Virus record (IMG/VR): IMGVR_UViG_3300034104_004859
Direction: 5' to 3' (one strand)
Length of the DNA stretch: 64,000 bases
DNA from: an uncultured virus (IMG/VR IMGVR_UViG_3300034104_004859)
Lineage: Duplodnaviria; Heunggongvirae; Uroviricota; Caudoviricetes
In this document: one piece after another, positions 20,401-30,481 of the stretch
Position numbering within the stretch: position 1 is the first letter of the stretch
Layout: each line of letters opens with the position of its first letter
The notes under the pieces: generated by a model
Told to the model about the DNA's origin: nothing
Database searches by the model: none
What the model saw: only the letters and a program-made list of their open reading frames with translations
Position numbers and translations under genes: made by a program

Positions 20401-21171
20401 ATGATAACAGTTATATTAAATGGTTATAAGAGACCTGAAAATCTTAATGAGCAATTGGAAGCTTTAAAAAATCAAACAGTAAAACCAGATGAAATACTTT
20501 TTTGGTATAATAATCCGGGTGATAATGATTTGATTAATTATGATATTGGCACTGAAATTCCTGGTGCATATTCTAATTATAATTTTGGGGTTTGGGCTAG
20601 ATTTTATTTTGCACTAAACGCTAAAAATCCATACATTTGTATATTTGATGATGATACAATACCGGGTAGTAGATGGTTGGAAAATTGTCTAAATACAATG
20701 GGTGAGGTGGAAGGAGTATTGGGTACTGTTGGAGCTGTATATTTAAATCCACTACCGCCTCAGCACTCATCTTATTTTGAACACTATATTAGATTTGGAT
20801 GGCCTGATGCTGGTAATAATGAAAAGCCGGTTGAAGTTGATTGGTTAGGACATAGTTGGTTCTTTAAAAAAGAATGGTTATCTCACATGTTTAGAGAATT
20901 ACCAGACCCCAAATATAATATATGTGGTGAGGATATGCATTTGAGTTATATGCTACAAAAATATGCTGGTATAAAAAGTTATGTTCCACCACATCCTAGA
21001 AACAATAAAGAAATGTGGGGAAGTATCAAAGGTGAATATGGTGGTGATAATAACTCATTATGGGAAACTAATACATTAAGTATTGATGGTACTCCTTTTA
21101 AAAACTTAATGAACGAATATTTCCATAAACAAAGACTAGATGGTTGGAAATTAGTAATGGAAAATAAATAA
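20401..21171 (+). CDS. GT-A glycosyltransferase
   Basis: GYKRPENL, IFDDDTIPG, GEDMHLS. Confidence 0.8.
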   Translation: MITVILNGYKRPENLNEQLEALKNQTVKPDEILFWYNNPGDNDLINYDIGTEIPGAYSNYNFGVWARFYFALNAKNPYICIFDDDTIPGSRWLENCLNTMGEVEGVLGTVGAVYLNPLPPQHSSYFEHYIRFGWPDAGNNEKPVEVDWLGHSWFFKKEWLSHMFRELPDPKYNICGEDMHLSYMLQKYAGIKSYVPPHPRNNKEMWGSIKGEYGGDNNSLWETNTLSIDGTPFKNLMNEYFHKQRLDGWKLVMENK

Positions 21172-21191
21172 AACTATAAAAATAAAAAACT

Positions 21192-21746
21192 ATGATTTGG
21201 AATCAGATTTTATGTTTAGGTGATTCACTTACCTACGGAGCAAGAGATAGATACGGAAGAAGCTACCCAGCTGAATTGGGAAAGGTACTTACTGATAAAA
21301 CAGGCGAATTTTATATTTGCCATAACTACGGAATTAATGGCGAAACAAGTTCTGATTTATTAAGAAGATCTTGGGGTATTATCAAAGGAAACAAAGATTG
21401 TAAAATAATGTTGCTTTGGATAGGCACTAATGATACAAAAACTCCAACACCATTGGATATCTACGAAGATAATTTAAAGCAAATTATCAACTCAGGAAGA
21501 GCACATGGAATGAATGTTATTGTTGCTACCGTACCTGAATTAGGATTTTCACCTTTCTACTTAAACAATACTGAATATACTAAAAAATATACTTCTGTTG
21601 TTGAAAAATTATCAAAGGAAATGAATTTTAAAATTGTAGATATGAGTGATATGGAAAAACATCTTATTGATGGTGTTCACTACACACATGAAGGTAATGT
21701 TGAAATTGCTAATAGATTCGCAAAAGTTATAATGGGTAAAAAATGA
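21192..21746 (+). CDS. SGNH/GDSL hydrolase (O-acyl esterase or transferase)
   Basis: GDSLTYG, GING, GTND, DGVH blocks. Confidence 0.9.
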   Translation: MIWNQILCLGDSLTYGARDRYGRSYPAELGKVLTDKTGEFYICHNYGINGETSSDLLRRSWGIIKGNKDCKIMLLWIGTNDTKTPTPLDIYEDNLKQIINSGRAHGMNVIVATVPELGFSPFYLNNTEYTKKYTSVVEKLSKEMNFKIVDMSDMEKHLIDGVHYTHEGNVEIANRFAKVIMGKK

Positions 21747-22498
21747 AAGTAGGAGTATCTGGAAATACAAAACAAACTTATAAAGGATTACAATTATTAG
21801 TATCTTTAGGATATGAGATTGTGTTTATATTTGGATTGCCTGATGAGCAATTAGATGGTAAAGTTAATTCAGTTAATTTAACCGAATTTGCAAATCAGCA
21901 TAACATTCCATTATATAAAACTAATAATTGGGAGGATGTGTTGGGTTATAATGTAGATATGGTTATATCATTGGGTGATTCTAGATATGTTCCACCATTC
22001 ATCATTGAAAAATTTAAAGTGATAGGAAATCACGGAGCAATCTTACCAAACGTACAAGGTGGTGCATCTTTGGTTTGGGGTAGAATGTTAAACAATGGAG
22101 TATGGGGTGTATCATTGATGGAATTGGATAAGAAAATTGATAATGGTACAATACTAAAAACAGCATCATTTAATTATGAGTTGGATTCTGATATGAATTC
22201 ATTTTGTGATAAGTGTGATGATTTAACTATTGAATTACTAAAAGACCTTTTACAAAATGGACCTGATACTACTGAATATAAATCATCTAAGATTGATATT
22301 AAAGTAACAAAAGGAATTGATACAAAAGTAGGTGTTGAATTATTACAATTTTGTTTAGATAACAACCTAAATGTGTATATGCCACCTAGAGCAAAGGAGC
22401 ATGGTGAAGTGAAAGAAAAATGGGGTACTGAATTTATTGAAAGATTTAAAAAAGCAAATAATTCTCCATATCCAAAATATTTTGAAAATGAAAAATAA
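21743..22498 (+). CDS. Formyltransferase-family protein
   Basis: GNHGAILP...GGASLVW, KIDNG.I motifs. Confidence 0.75.
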   Translation: MKVGVSGNTKQTYKGLQLLVSLGYEIVFIFGLPDEQLDGKVNSVNLTEFANQHNIPLYKTNNWEDVLGYNVDMVISLGDSRYVPPFIIEKFKVIGNHGAILPNVQGGASLVWGRMLNNGVWGVSLMELDKKIDNGTILKTASFNYELDSDMNSFCDKCDDLTIELLKDLLQNGPDTTEYKSSKIDIKVTKGIDTKVGVELLQFCLDNNLNVYMPPRAKEHGEVKEKWGTEFIERFKKANNSPYPKYFENEK

Positions 22499-23486
22499 AC
22501 CATTACTAATATGTTTCGGAACTAGACCGGAATGGTTAAAGATAAAACCTTTAATTAAAATAATGGACCGTAGCGAATATAAATTATTCTTTACAGGTCA
22601 GCATGAAGATTTACTTAAAGAAGTTGATGTTGATTATAGAGCAACTATCAAAGAAGGAACTAATAGATTAGATGAAGTTGTGAAGGGATGTTTGGATTTG
22701 CCGGAAGGTGAGTTTAGAGGAGTTATCGTTCAAGGTGATACCGCCTCTGCTTTTGCTTGTGCCATTGGTGCATATCATAGAGGATTACGAATATATTATT
22801 TAGAAGCTGGATTACGAAGTAAAGATATTCATAATCCATATCCAGAAGAAGGTTATAGACAGATGATATCTCGTATCGCTGATGTAAGTTTTTCACCAAC
22901 ACACTTATCACTTACTAATTTATTTAATGAAAATACATTGGGTGATGCTTGGTTAGTTGGAAACACTGTATTAGATAACTTAGTGGACTTGCCTGAACCG
23001 ACTTATGGAAACAAAGTATTGGTTACGTTACATCGTAGAGAGAACCACCCTATAATGCATGAGTGGTTTAAAGAGATAAATGAATTGGCAATACAATATC
23101 CAGAATTAGAATTCATTCTACCAATCCACCCAAATCCAAACGTACAAATTCATAGAAACTTACTAACAAACATTAAAGTAGTAGAACCACTTTCACATGA
23201 TGAACTGATAGCTATTCTATTAGAATGTAAGTTAGTGATAAGCGATAGTGGTGGAATACAGGAAGAAGCATCTTTCTTTAATAAAAAAGTTATAGTTTGT
23301 AGAGAAACAACAGAAAGACCTGAAGCAATTTATACTGGACATTTACATTTATGTAAAACAACTGATAAATTAAAAGATTTATTTGTTACTTTGGAAAAAG
23401 ATTCGTATATTTGTAAAGATTGTCCTTATGGCGATGGTAAGGCCGCAGAAAAAATTAAAAAAATATTAGATGCAGAAGAATTTTAG
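22488..23486 (+). CDS. wecB: UDP-N-acetylglucosamine 2-epimerase
   Basis: GTRPE, TGQH, QGDT, EAGLRS, PYPEE, TLHRREN, DSGGIQEE, TERPE, PYGDG. Confidence 0.95.
   Translation: MKNKPLLICFGTRPEWLKIKPLIKIMDRSEYKLFFTGQHEDLLKEVDVDYRATIKEGTNRLDEVVKGCLDLPEGEFRGVIVQGDTASAFACAIGAYHRGLRIYYLEAGLRSKDIHNPYPEEGYRQMISRIADVSFSPTHLSLTNLFNENTLGDAWLVGNTVLDNLVDLPEPTYGNKVLVTLHRRENHPIMHEWFKEINELAIQYPELEFILPIHPNPNVQIHRNLLTNIKVVEPLSHDELIAILLECKLVISDSGGIQEEASFFNKKVIVCRETTERPEAIYTGHLHLCKTTDKLKDLFVTLEKDSYICKDCPYGDGKAAEKIKKILDAEEF
23382..23413 (+). promoter_or_regulatory. Intragenic -33/-7 promoter inside wecB
   Basis: TTTG (23382-23385), N20, TATATTTG (23406-23413), preceded by TTCG as in several other copies. Confidence 0.55.
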
Positions 23487-24249
23487 AGAACACTTTTTAA
23501 AATTTACGGAGATGATTCGTAATGATGAACATTTTGCTTTTGCAAGATATTCCGATGGAGAATTGTGGATATTGCAAAATAAAGAATTAAAATTAGATTC
23601 AAATGTAATTCAAGTTGGAGATTCTAAAAGCCCTGGCATATATCAAGCTCCTGATTTTAAACATTATGACCCTAGCGTTCATGGTGAATTTAGAGAAAAA
23701 TTAGTAGAAGCTTACAAACACAAACAACCAAATTATTACAAAGGTATTAGTTGTAGTTGTTGTGTTGGTAAGGAAAATTTTGATTGGCAAGTTGATTTGC
23801 ATGGTGGTGATGATGAATCATTGACATGGGCTAATTTATGGGTAAACGGAAACTATCCAGCATTCATAACACATACGCTTCCAGTTTTTTATAATAAGGA
23901 TTGTGTATTTGTTGGACATGAAAATGCTAATTTGTCTCGATTACCATTTATTAAAAAAGATTTTAGAGTAGGATATAACGCAATGATAAATGATTATGGT
24001 AAAATTGAGGATATTAAAAATTGGATTAGAGAGAATAATATCGAAAACCATTTATTTTTATTTTCAGCTTCAACGTTTTCTAATTTTGCAATATACGAAC
24101 TATTTAAAGAGTTTCCAAATAATTCTTACGTTGATATAGGAACGTGTTTAACTCCAATGATGGATATGCCAACTGAAAGGGATTATTTAACGGGATTTTG
24201 GAGTTATAGAGGTTCGGTTAGTTTAGGTCAAATATGTAAATGGAATTAA
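23470..24249 (+). CDS. GT-D fold (DUF1792-like) glycosyltransferase
   Basis: FAFARYSDGE N-terminal motif; VDIG near the C-terminus. Confidence 0.65.
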   Translation: MQKNFREHFLKFTEMIRNDEHFAFARYSDGELWILQNKELKLDSNVIQVGDSKSPGIYQAPDFKHYDPSVHGEFREKLVEAYKHKQPNYYKGISCSCCVGKENFDWQVDLHGGDDESLTWANLWVNGNYPAFITHTLPVFYNKDCVFVGHENANLSRLPFIKKDFRVGYNAMINDYGKIEDIKNWIRENNIENHLFLFSASTFSNFAIYELFKEFPNNSYVDIGTCLTPMMDMPTERDYLTGFWSYRGSVSLGQICKWN

Positions 24250-24250
24250 T

Positions 24251-24889
24251 ATGAATATAACAATACTAACAGACAATCCTGATAGTTGGATTATTCCATA
24301 TGTAGAGGATTTAAAAAAAGATTTGTTTGAACACAATGTAACGCATGTGTTTAAAACATCCGATATAATTGGTGGTGATATAATGCTTGTTTTAAGTTGT
24401 GAAACTATTTTGAAAGCGGAGTATCTTAAATTACATAAAAGTAATGTAGTAGTTCATCCAAGCAAAGTACCATTGGGTAAGGGTTGGTCACCACTGGCTT
24501 GGCAAGTATTAGAAGGCTGTAATGATATACCTGTAAGTTTATTTGAAGCGGTGGAAGCAGTTGATGCTGGCGATGTGTATATTGTGGATTATATTAAATT
24601 AGAAGGATACGAATTGAACGAAGAAATAAAACATCAGCAAGGATTATTAACTATGAAAATGGTTAAGAAATATATAAATGAATTTGATTCTATGATTGGT
24701 ATCCCTCAAAGTGGTGAAGAAACTTTCTATCCAAGAAGAAGACAAAAAGAAAATGAATTAGATATTAATAAAACAATAGCAGAACAATTCAATTTATTTA
24801 GAGTGGTTGATAACGAAAGATATCCAGCTCATTTTCATTTAAACGGAAAGACTTACATTTTAAAAATATATAAAGATGACAAGTCTTAA
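24251..24889 (+). CDS. Sugar N-formyltransferase-like protein
   Basis: VVVHPS.VP.GKGWSPL.WQ, VDAGD.Y, RVVDNERYPA. Confidence 0.8.
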   Translation: MNITILTDNPDSWIIPYVEDLKKDLFEHNVTHVFKTSDIIGGDIMLVLSCETILKAEYLKLHKSNVVVHPSKVPLGKGWSPLAWQVLEGCNDIPVSLFEAVEAVDAGDVYIVDYIKLEGYELNEEIKHQQGLLTMKMVKKYINEFDSMIGIPQSGEETFYPRRRQKENELDINKTIAEQFNLFRVVDNERYPAHFHLNGKTYILKIYKDDKS

Positions 24890-25091
24890 ATCAAGTATAA
24901 TAAAAAAAGGAAGATATGTTTCGCAAATCTTACATTTTGTAGGGGGTGAGAAACGAACCTTTAATAATGTAGATACGCATTCAATTAAGCAAGGCCAATT
25001 TACTAAGTTTGAAACAAGCGATGGTAGATTGGTTATGGTTAATGATAAAAATGTTTTATGTATCGAAATAATAACCGAAGAAAATCAATAA
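24876..25091 (+). CDS. Hypothetical protein
   Basis: 71-aa ORF in the operon. Confidence 0.6.
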   Translation: MTSLKSSIIKKGRYVSQILHFVGGEKRTFNNVDTHSIKQGQFTKFETSDGRLVMVNDKNVLCIEIITEENQ

Positions 25092-25094
25092 ACT

Positions 25095-25721
25095 ATGTTA
25101 CACAATCCGTACAAAATTGTAAGAATGTTTGAGGAGGAAATAGCTAATTACACAGGCGCTCCGTATGCAGTATCAATTGATAGTTGTACAAATGCACTAT
25201 TCCTTATTTGTAAGTACCTAGAAGTTAAAGAGGTAACCATTCCATCAAAAACGTATCTATCAGTACCACAATCAATTATTCATGCCGGTGGTGAAGTTAT
25301 CTTTGATAAAAGACCTGAAACAAACCATTGGAAGGGTATGTATCAATTAAAGCCATACCCAATTTATGATGCAGCTAAAAGGCTAACAAGTGGTATGTAT
25401 AAACCTGGAACATTTATGGGGTTATCATTTCATATTAAAAAACAATTACCAATTTGGAAAGGTGGTATGATTTTAACTGATAGCGTTGAAGCAGCTGATT
25501 GGTTTAAAAAAGCACGATATGAAGGAAGAAGTGAAAAGTATTACAAAGAGGATGATATCACATTTAATGGATGGAATATGTATATGACTCCTCAGCAAGC
25601 AGCACAGGGGTTGGCAATATTTCAAAACTACCCTGAACATAAAGAGGATTTGGGTGAAATAAATGGTTATAGAGATTTAACCGAATTCACTGTTTTCAAA
25701 AATAATAAAGTAATAGAATAA
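25095..25721 (+). CDS. DegT/DnrJ/EryC1/StrS sugar aminotransferase (short form)
   Basis: FEEEIA.Y.G..YAV..DSCTNAL, DAA, SFHIKK (PLP lysine), GGMILT. Confidence 0.85.
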   Translation: MLHNPYKIVRMFEEEIANYTGAPYAVSIDSCTNALFLICKYLEVKEVTIPSKTYLSVPQSIIHAGGEVIFDKRPETNHWKGMYQLKPYPIYDAAKRLTSGMYKPGTFMGLSFHIKKQLPIWKGGMILTDSVEAADWFKKARYEGRSEKYYKEDDITFNGWNMYMTPQQAAQGLAIFQNYPEHKEDLGEINGYRDLTEFTVFKNNKVIE

Positions 25722-26578
25722 TGGTTACATTTCATAAATTAGGTGAGTTAGGTAGATTGGGTAATCAATTATTTCAATATGCAGCTCTTAAAGGGTTAGC
25801 ATCAAAGAAGGGATATACCGCCAAAATTCCAAATCCACAAACAATGAATTGGCACGGTCAGACTTGTTTATTGGATAGATTCAATATTGATTGTGATTAT
25901 CTAACGCAAGATGATGTGAATACTTTACAAAACTTATACGAAGAACCTAATTGGCAAAAGTACGATGATAAATTTTTTAACATTCCTGATAATACTTCAA
26001 TAGAGGGATTTTTTCAAAGTACATATTATTTTGAACATATATCAGAACAAATTAAAAAAGAACTTACACCTAAACAAGAGTATTTAGATAAAGCAACTAA
26101 ATTTATTGATTATCTAAAAGGACAGCACAACTGCGAAATAGTAAGTGTTCATGTTAGGCGTGGTGATAATATGACAAACGGACAAACTGGATTAATCCAA
26201 GCATTTGAACCAGGTGGAATGTATGAGACATATTTTAACGAAGCTAAGAAAGTATTTGAAGGTAAGAACGTAAAGTTTTTAGTATTCACCGGCGGACAAA
26301 GATTTAACGAAGATAATAGGATAGATGTTGATTGGTGTAGAAGTTTCTTTAAAGGAGATGAATTTCTTTTTTCAGAAGGTAATCAACAAATAGATGATTT
26401 TTCATTAATAATGAGTTGTGACCATAATATACTTTCTCACGCAAGTAGTTTTGGTTGGTGGGCATCATATGTTAATCCAAATCCAAACAAAATAGTAGTA
26501 GCTCCTAAATATTACCACCCAGACCACCCTGAACTAATAAGACCTGGTTTTTATCCAAAAGAATACATTTTAAAATAA
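25721..26578 (+). CDS. GT11 alpha-1,2-fucosyltransferase-like protein
   Basis: GRLGNQLFQYA, GFFQS..YF, HVRRGD, SSFGWWA. Confidence 0.9.
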   Translation: MVTFHKLGELGRLGNQLFQYAALKGLASKKGYTAKIPNPQTMNWHGQTCLLDRFNIDCDYLTQDDVNTLQNLYEEPNWQKYDDKFFNIPDNTSIEGFFQSTYYFEHISEQIKKELTPKQEYLDKATKFIDYLKGQHNCEIVSVHVRRGDNMTNGQTGLIQAFEPGGMYETYFNEAKKVFEGKNVKFLVFTGGQRFNEDNRIDVDWCRSFFKGDEFLFSEGNQQIDDFSLIMSCDHNILSHASSFGWWASYVNPNPNKIVVAPKYYHPDHPELIRPGFYPKEYILK

Positions 26579-26583
26579 ACAAT

Positions 26584-27285
26584 ATGAATTTAATATTTGA
26601 CATCGGTTTTAATGTTGGTGAGTTTACCCAAACTTGTTTCAACAAATATCCAACTTGTAATGTGATAGCTGTAGAGGCCAATCCAAATTTAGTAAATGGA
26701 GTATCTCCTCATTTTTTTACAAATTATAATTTTACTTTACATAATAATTTAGTTTCCAATATGGAAGGTGAAGAAATTGATTTCTATGTATCGCCATATG
26801 CAACTGGAGTATCAACTGCTTCTACCGAATTTATGCAGAACTCTAGATTTACTAAAGGTAGTAAAAATCTTCCTGAAAATTCTATTAAATGGAACGAACC
26901 TATTAAAATACAATCAATAACAATTGATAGTATGATTGAAAGATATGGTATGCCTGATTTAATTAAAATAGATGTTGAAGGATATGAGTATAATGTGTTA
27001 AGCGGATTGACTCAAAAAGCTAATGATATTTGCTTTGAATGGCATGAGGAAGAAAGTGAAAGTTTGTATAAAATATTACAACACTTACAAAATATAGGAT
27101 ACACTCAATTTGGTGTAATAGGTTTGTTTGATGAAGGTGATGTTTTTGAAAAAGCAACATTCTCAGATAAAGGTGACCCATATTTAGAATATCCTAAAAA
27201 CTTTTACACTTTAGAGGACTTGGAATTGCATAAATTAATTAACCCAGAAAGACGTGTAAACTACGGAATGTTTTTTGCAAAATAA
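26584..27285 (+). CDS. FkbM-family methyltransferase
   Basis: FDIGFNVG, EANP, IKIDVEGYE. Confidence 0.9.
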   Translation: MNLIFDIGFNVGEFTQTCFNKYPTCNVIAVEANPNLVNGVSPHFFTNYNFTLHNNLVSNMEGEEIDFYVSPYATGVSTASTEFMQNSRFTKGSKNLPENSIKWNEPIKIQSITIDSMIERYGMPDLIKIDVEGYEYNVLSGLTQKANDICFEWHEEESESLYKILQHLQNIGYTQFGVIGLFDEGDVFEKATFSDKGDPYLEYPKNFYTLEDLELHKLINPERRVNYGMFFAK

Positions 27286-27291
27286 AAAAAT

Positions 27292-28221
27292 ATGAAAATA
27301 ATAAACAATACCTCTGGTGAGTATAATGATGTAATTAATAGTTTTTATGAATTAGAAAGATTTGATGATAATTCAAATAGTGAAGTATTATTTCAGGGAT
27401 ATTCTACCTCTGTTAATACTGAATTAAAAGAAATCTATAAAAACCACAATAGACGTACTTATTTAAACTTAGAAGCCCCTTGTGCATATTGTAGTACAGA
27501 TAGTTGTAATGATGAACAAGAATATTTTACCGATGTATATACATTATGTCCATATACTTGTGATTGGATGAATAAAAAATCAAATACTAAATTTATACCA
27601 ATTCCATTTCCTTACGCTAAAAAATGTTTTGAAAATATAGATTATAACGTTGACAAAATATATGATGTCATGTATATGGGTCATTTATTAGGAAGTGAGC
27701 ATTACAATATAATCAATATTATGAAAAACTACAATTATATACATGCATCAATTAGTAGTGGACATATTCCTGATTTTAATCCAACCCATGTTAATATAAG
27801 TAGTGAGGAAAAATGGGATTTATTATCAAAAAGCAAAGTATCAATAGCTATGAATTTGGCACCTATATATCCAAATCATATAGAATATATACAAAGATAT
27901 GATAATTGGCAAGGTAACGAAGCTTTTAAATTATTAGAAAGTGGACATATTCCTCAATTTAAACCAAGAGTAATAGAATCTATGATGTGTAAAACATTAG
28001 TATTGGTTAGGTATGATGATTGGAATGTTATTGAAAAATGGTTTGAGCCAGGAAAGCATTTTATTTATTGGTATAACTTAGAAGATTTATTTTATAAACT
28101 ATATCATGTAGTAAATAATTACAAATCATATCAACCAATAGTGGATGCTGCATACGATAAAGTACAAGAATATGAAATAGAAAGAATATATGAAAAAATA
28201 GTTAAAGGAGAACATTTATAA
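27292..28221 (+). CDS. Putative glycosyltransferase (GT-B, CgeB-like C-terminus)
   Basis: SKVSIAMN, KPRVIES, IEKWFEPGKHFI. Confidence 0.6.
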   Translation: MKIINNTSGEYNDVINSFYELERFDDNSNSEVLFQGYSTSVNTELKEIYKNHNRRTYLNLEAPCAYCSTDSCNDEQEYFTDVYTLCPYTCDWMNKKSNTKFIPIPFPYAKKCFENIDYNVDKIYDVMYMGHLLGSEHYNIINIMKNYNYIHASISSGHIPDFNPTHVNISSEEKWDLLSKSKVSIAMNLAPIYPNHIEYIQRYDNWQGNEAFKLLESGHIPQFKPRVIESMMCKTLVLVRYDDWNVIEKWFEPGKHFIYWYNLEDLFYKLYHVVNNYKSYQPIVDAAYDKVQEYEIERIYEKIVKGEHL

Positions 28222-28231
28222 AACAAATAAT

Positions 28232-29185
28232 ATGAATATAGAACAATTTAAAAACAAAAAGATTTTAATCACCGGAGCTAGTGGCTTCGTGGGTAAAAAT
28301 TTAGTAGAAGAACTACAATCAAAAGGATTTACGAATCTTTTAACACCAACATCAACTGAAGCCGATTTGACTGTTGAAGCTGATGTAAAAAAGTACTTTG
28401 ACGAAAACAAACCTGAAGTTGTATTGCACATAGCAGGTTTAGTTGGTGGTATTGCTGCTAACAAAGCAAGACCGGGTGATTTCTTTTATAAGAACGCAAT
28501 GATGAGTGTATTGATTAATCATTACTCTTACATTAATGGTGTTAAGAAGTTAGTATCATTAGCAGCAGGATGTGGATATCCAAAAGATATTCCCGTACCA
28601 TTTTCAGAAGATGATTTTTGGAACGGATTACCTGATATGAATTCGTATGGTTATTCATTGGCTAAGAAAAACTTAGTAATTGGTGGATGGGCATATAGAG
28701 AACAATATGGTTTTAATACAACGGTATTATTACCAGCTAATCTTTACGGACCTTATGATAACTTCCATTTAGAGAATTCGCACGTAATCCCTGCATTGAT
28801 TAGAAAGTTCATCGCAGCTAAAGAATTAAATTCACCTACCGTTGAAGTATGGGGAACTGGTGTAGCAACTAGAGAATTCTTATATGTGGGTGATACGGTT
28901 AGAGCAATCATTGACGCTATGGCTTGTACTGAAACGGGTCCTTTCAATTTAGGAACTGGTGTTGAGACATCTATCAAAGAATTGAATGAAGCTATTGCTA
29001 AATTAGTAGGATACGAAGGTGAGATTGTTTGGGATACAACTAGACCAGATGGACAACCTAAGAGATTCTATGACATGAGCAAATTCAAAGATACATTTGG
29101 TTATGTACCCAATACAACATTAGAAGATGGTTTAACTCAAACTATCAATTGGTATCTTAATAACAAACAAAACGCAAGATTATAA
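28232..29185 (+). CDS. fcl: GDP-L-fucose synthase
   Basis: TGASGFVG, AGLVGGI.AN, Y...K, NLYGP.DNF, SHVIPALIRKF, WGTG...REFLYV.D, PDGQP. Confidence 0.9.
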   Translation: MNIEQFKNKKILITGASGFVGKNLVEELQSKGFTNLLTPTSTEADLTVEADVKKYFDENKPEVVLHIAGLVGGIAANKARPGDFFYKNAMMSVLINHYSYINGVKKLVSLAAGCGYPKDIPVPFSEDDFWNGLPDMNSYGYSLAKKNLVIGGWAYREQYGFNTTVLLPANLYGPYDNFHLENSHVIPALIRKFIAAKELNSPTVEVWGTGVATREFLYVGDTVRAIIDAMACTETGPFNLGTGVETSIKELNEAIAKLVGYEGEIVWDTTRPDGQPKRFYDMSKFKDTFGYVPNTTLEDGLTQTINWYLNNKQNARL

Positions 29186-29187
29186 TT

Positions 29188-29823
29188 ATGAAATACACAT
29201 ACAACGAAAAACAATACGATAGAATCGTTTTTGATGTAGGAGCTAATAATGGCTCTACTACAATACCATTAGCAAAATCGCAACCAAATACAATAGTTTT
29301 TGCATTTGAACCAACTCCAAAATTAGTTGATGATATAAAACAAGAAACTAAAGATATAGAAAATTATATTATTATACAAACAGCTGTATCAAATTATACT
29401 GGAAAATCAAAATTCAATCTTATGCAAAAATTTGATTGGGGATGCAGTTCTTTATTGGAATTTTCCGAAAACACAAAAAATGGAAATATTTGGGAAGGGT
29501 GTATCCATGAAGTAACGGATTCCATAGAAGTTGATGTAATTACTTTAAAAACTTTCATAGAAGAAAACAACATCCCAAAAATAGATTTTTTACATATAGA
29601 TACTCAAGGTTCTGATTTAAATGTATTAAAAGGAATGGGTGAGTATTTATCTATTATTATTACAGGTCAAATGGAAGCTGCATTAATAGAAGATGCATTA
29701 TATGTTGGACAAAATAGAAAAGAAGAATGTATAGAATTTTTAGAATCAAATGGATTTGATTTTTTAGGTACATCTCATGTGAATCCAAATGAAACAAACA
29801 TTCATTTTAAAAAGAAAAATTAA
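29188..29823 (+). CDS. FkbM-family methyltransferase
   Basis: FDVGANNG, FEP, HIDTQGSDL.VL. Confidence 0.9.
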   Translation: MKYTYNEKQYDRIVFDVGANNGSTTIPLAKSQPNTIVFAFEPTPKLVDDIKQETKDIENYIIIQTAVSNYTGKSKFNLMQKFDWGCSSLLEFSENTKNGNIWEGCIHEVTDSIEVDVITLKTFIEENNIPKIDFLHIDTQGSDLNVLKGMGEYLSIIITGQMEAALIEDALYVGQNRKEECIEFLESNGFDFLGTSHVNPNETNIHFKKKN

Positions 29824-30479
29824 TGAGAATAGCAGTATTATTAGCAGGTCAATTTAGAGGAGATGATAGTATGGTAGAACTGCATAAACAAAAAGTTGGA
29901 AACTATGATACATATGTTTCATGCTTACCAAAATATCTAAATGAGTGGGAAAGCTCTAAATGGAATCCAATAAATATATACCCAGTTTCTAAAGTTAATT
30001 TTAAAGATACATTATGGGCACAACATAGAAGTAGTTGTGAGGCTGATGAATCTGGATTTTGGCAATATTGGAATTTGAAATATCTTCTTAAAAATGTACC
30101 TGATTATGATTTTTATATAAAAAGCAGAAATGATTTAGTGATAGAATCGCAATTAGATATAAATTTTGAATCACTTAGAGATGATACCTATTATTATTCT
30201 GAAAGACATTTTAATGGAGTTTGGCCTCACATGAATGACCAATTTTGGATTGGTTCTAAAAAAGTGGTTGATGTTATAGCTAGATTTGTAGATGAATTTT
30301 ATTTATCTGAAAATAGTCAACATGTAGGTAAATCAAATGAACATATGCTAAAAGCTTGGTTAGAGTTACATGATATAAAAATAGAAAAATTTTATGATTT
30401 TATATATTCAAAAAACCATAATGGAATAACTCAATCAAGTGGAGATATAAACACATTTTTCTTAGAAGAAAATTTATAA
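29823..30479 (+). CDS. Putative glycosyltransferase-like protein, paralog of 54399..55211
   Basis: MRIAVLLAGQFR, YDFYIKSRNDL, NDQFWIG. Confidence 0.55.
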   Translation: MRIAVLLAGQFRGDDSMVELHKQKVGNYDTYVSCLPKYLNEWESSKWNPINIYPVSKVNFKDTLWAQHRSSCEADESGFWQYWNLKYLLKNVPDYDFYIKSRNDLVIESQLDINFESLRDDTYYYSERHFNGVWPHMNDQFWIGSKKVVDVIARFVDEFYLSENSQHVGKSNEHMLKAWLELHDIKIEKFYDFIYSKNHNGITQSSGDINTFFLEENL

Positions 30480-30481
30480 AT

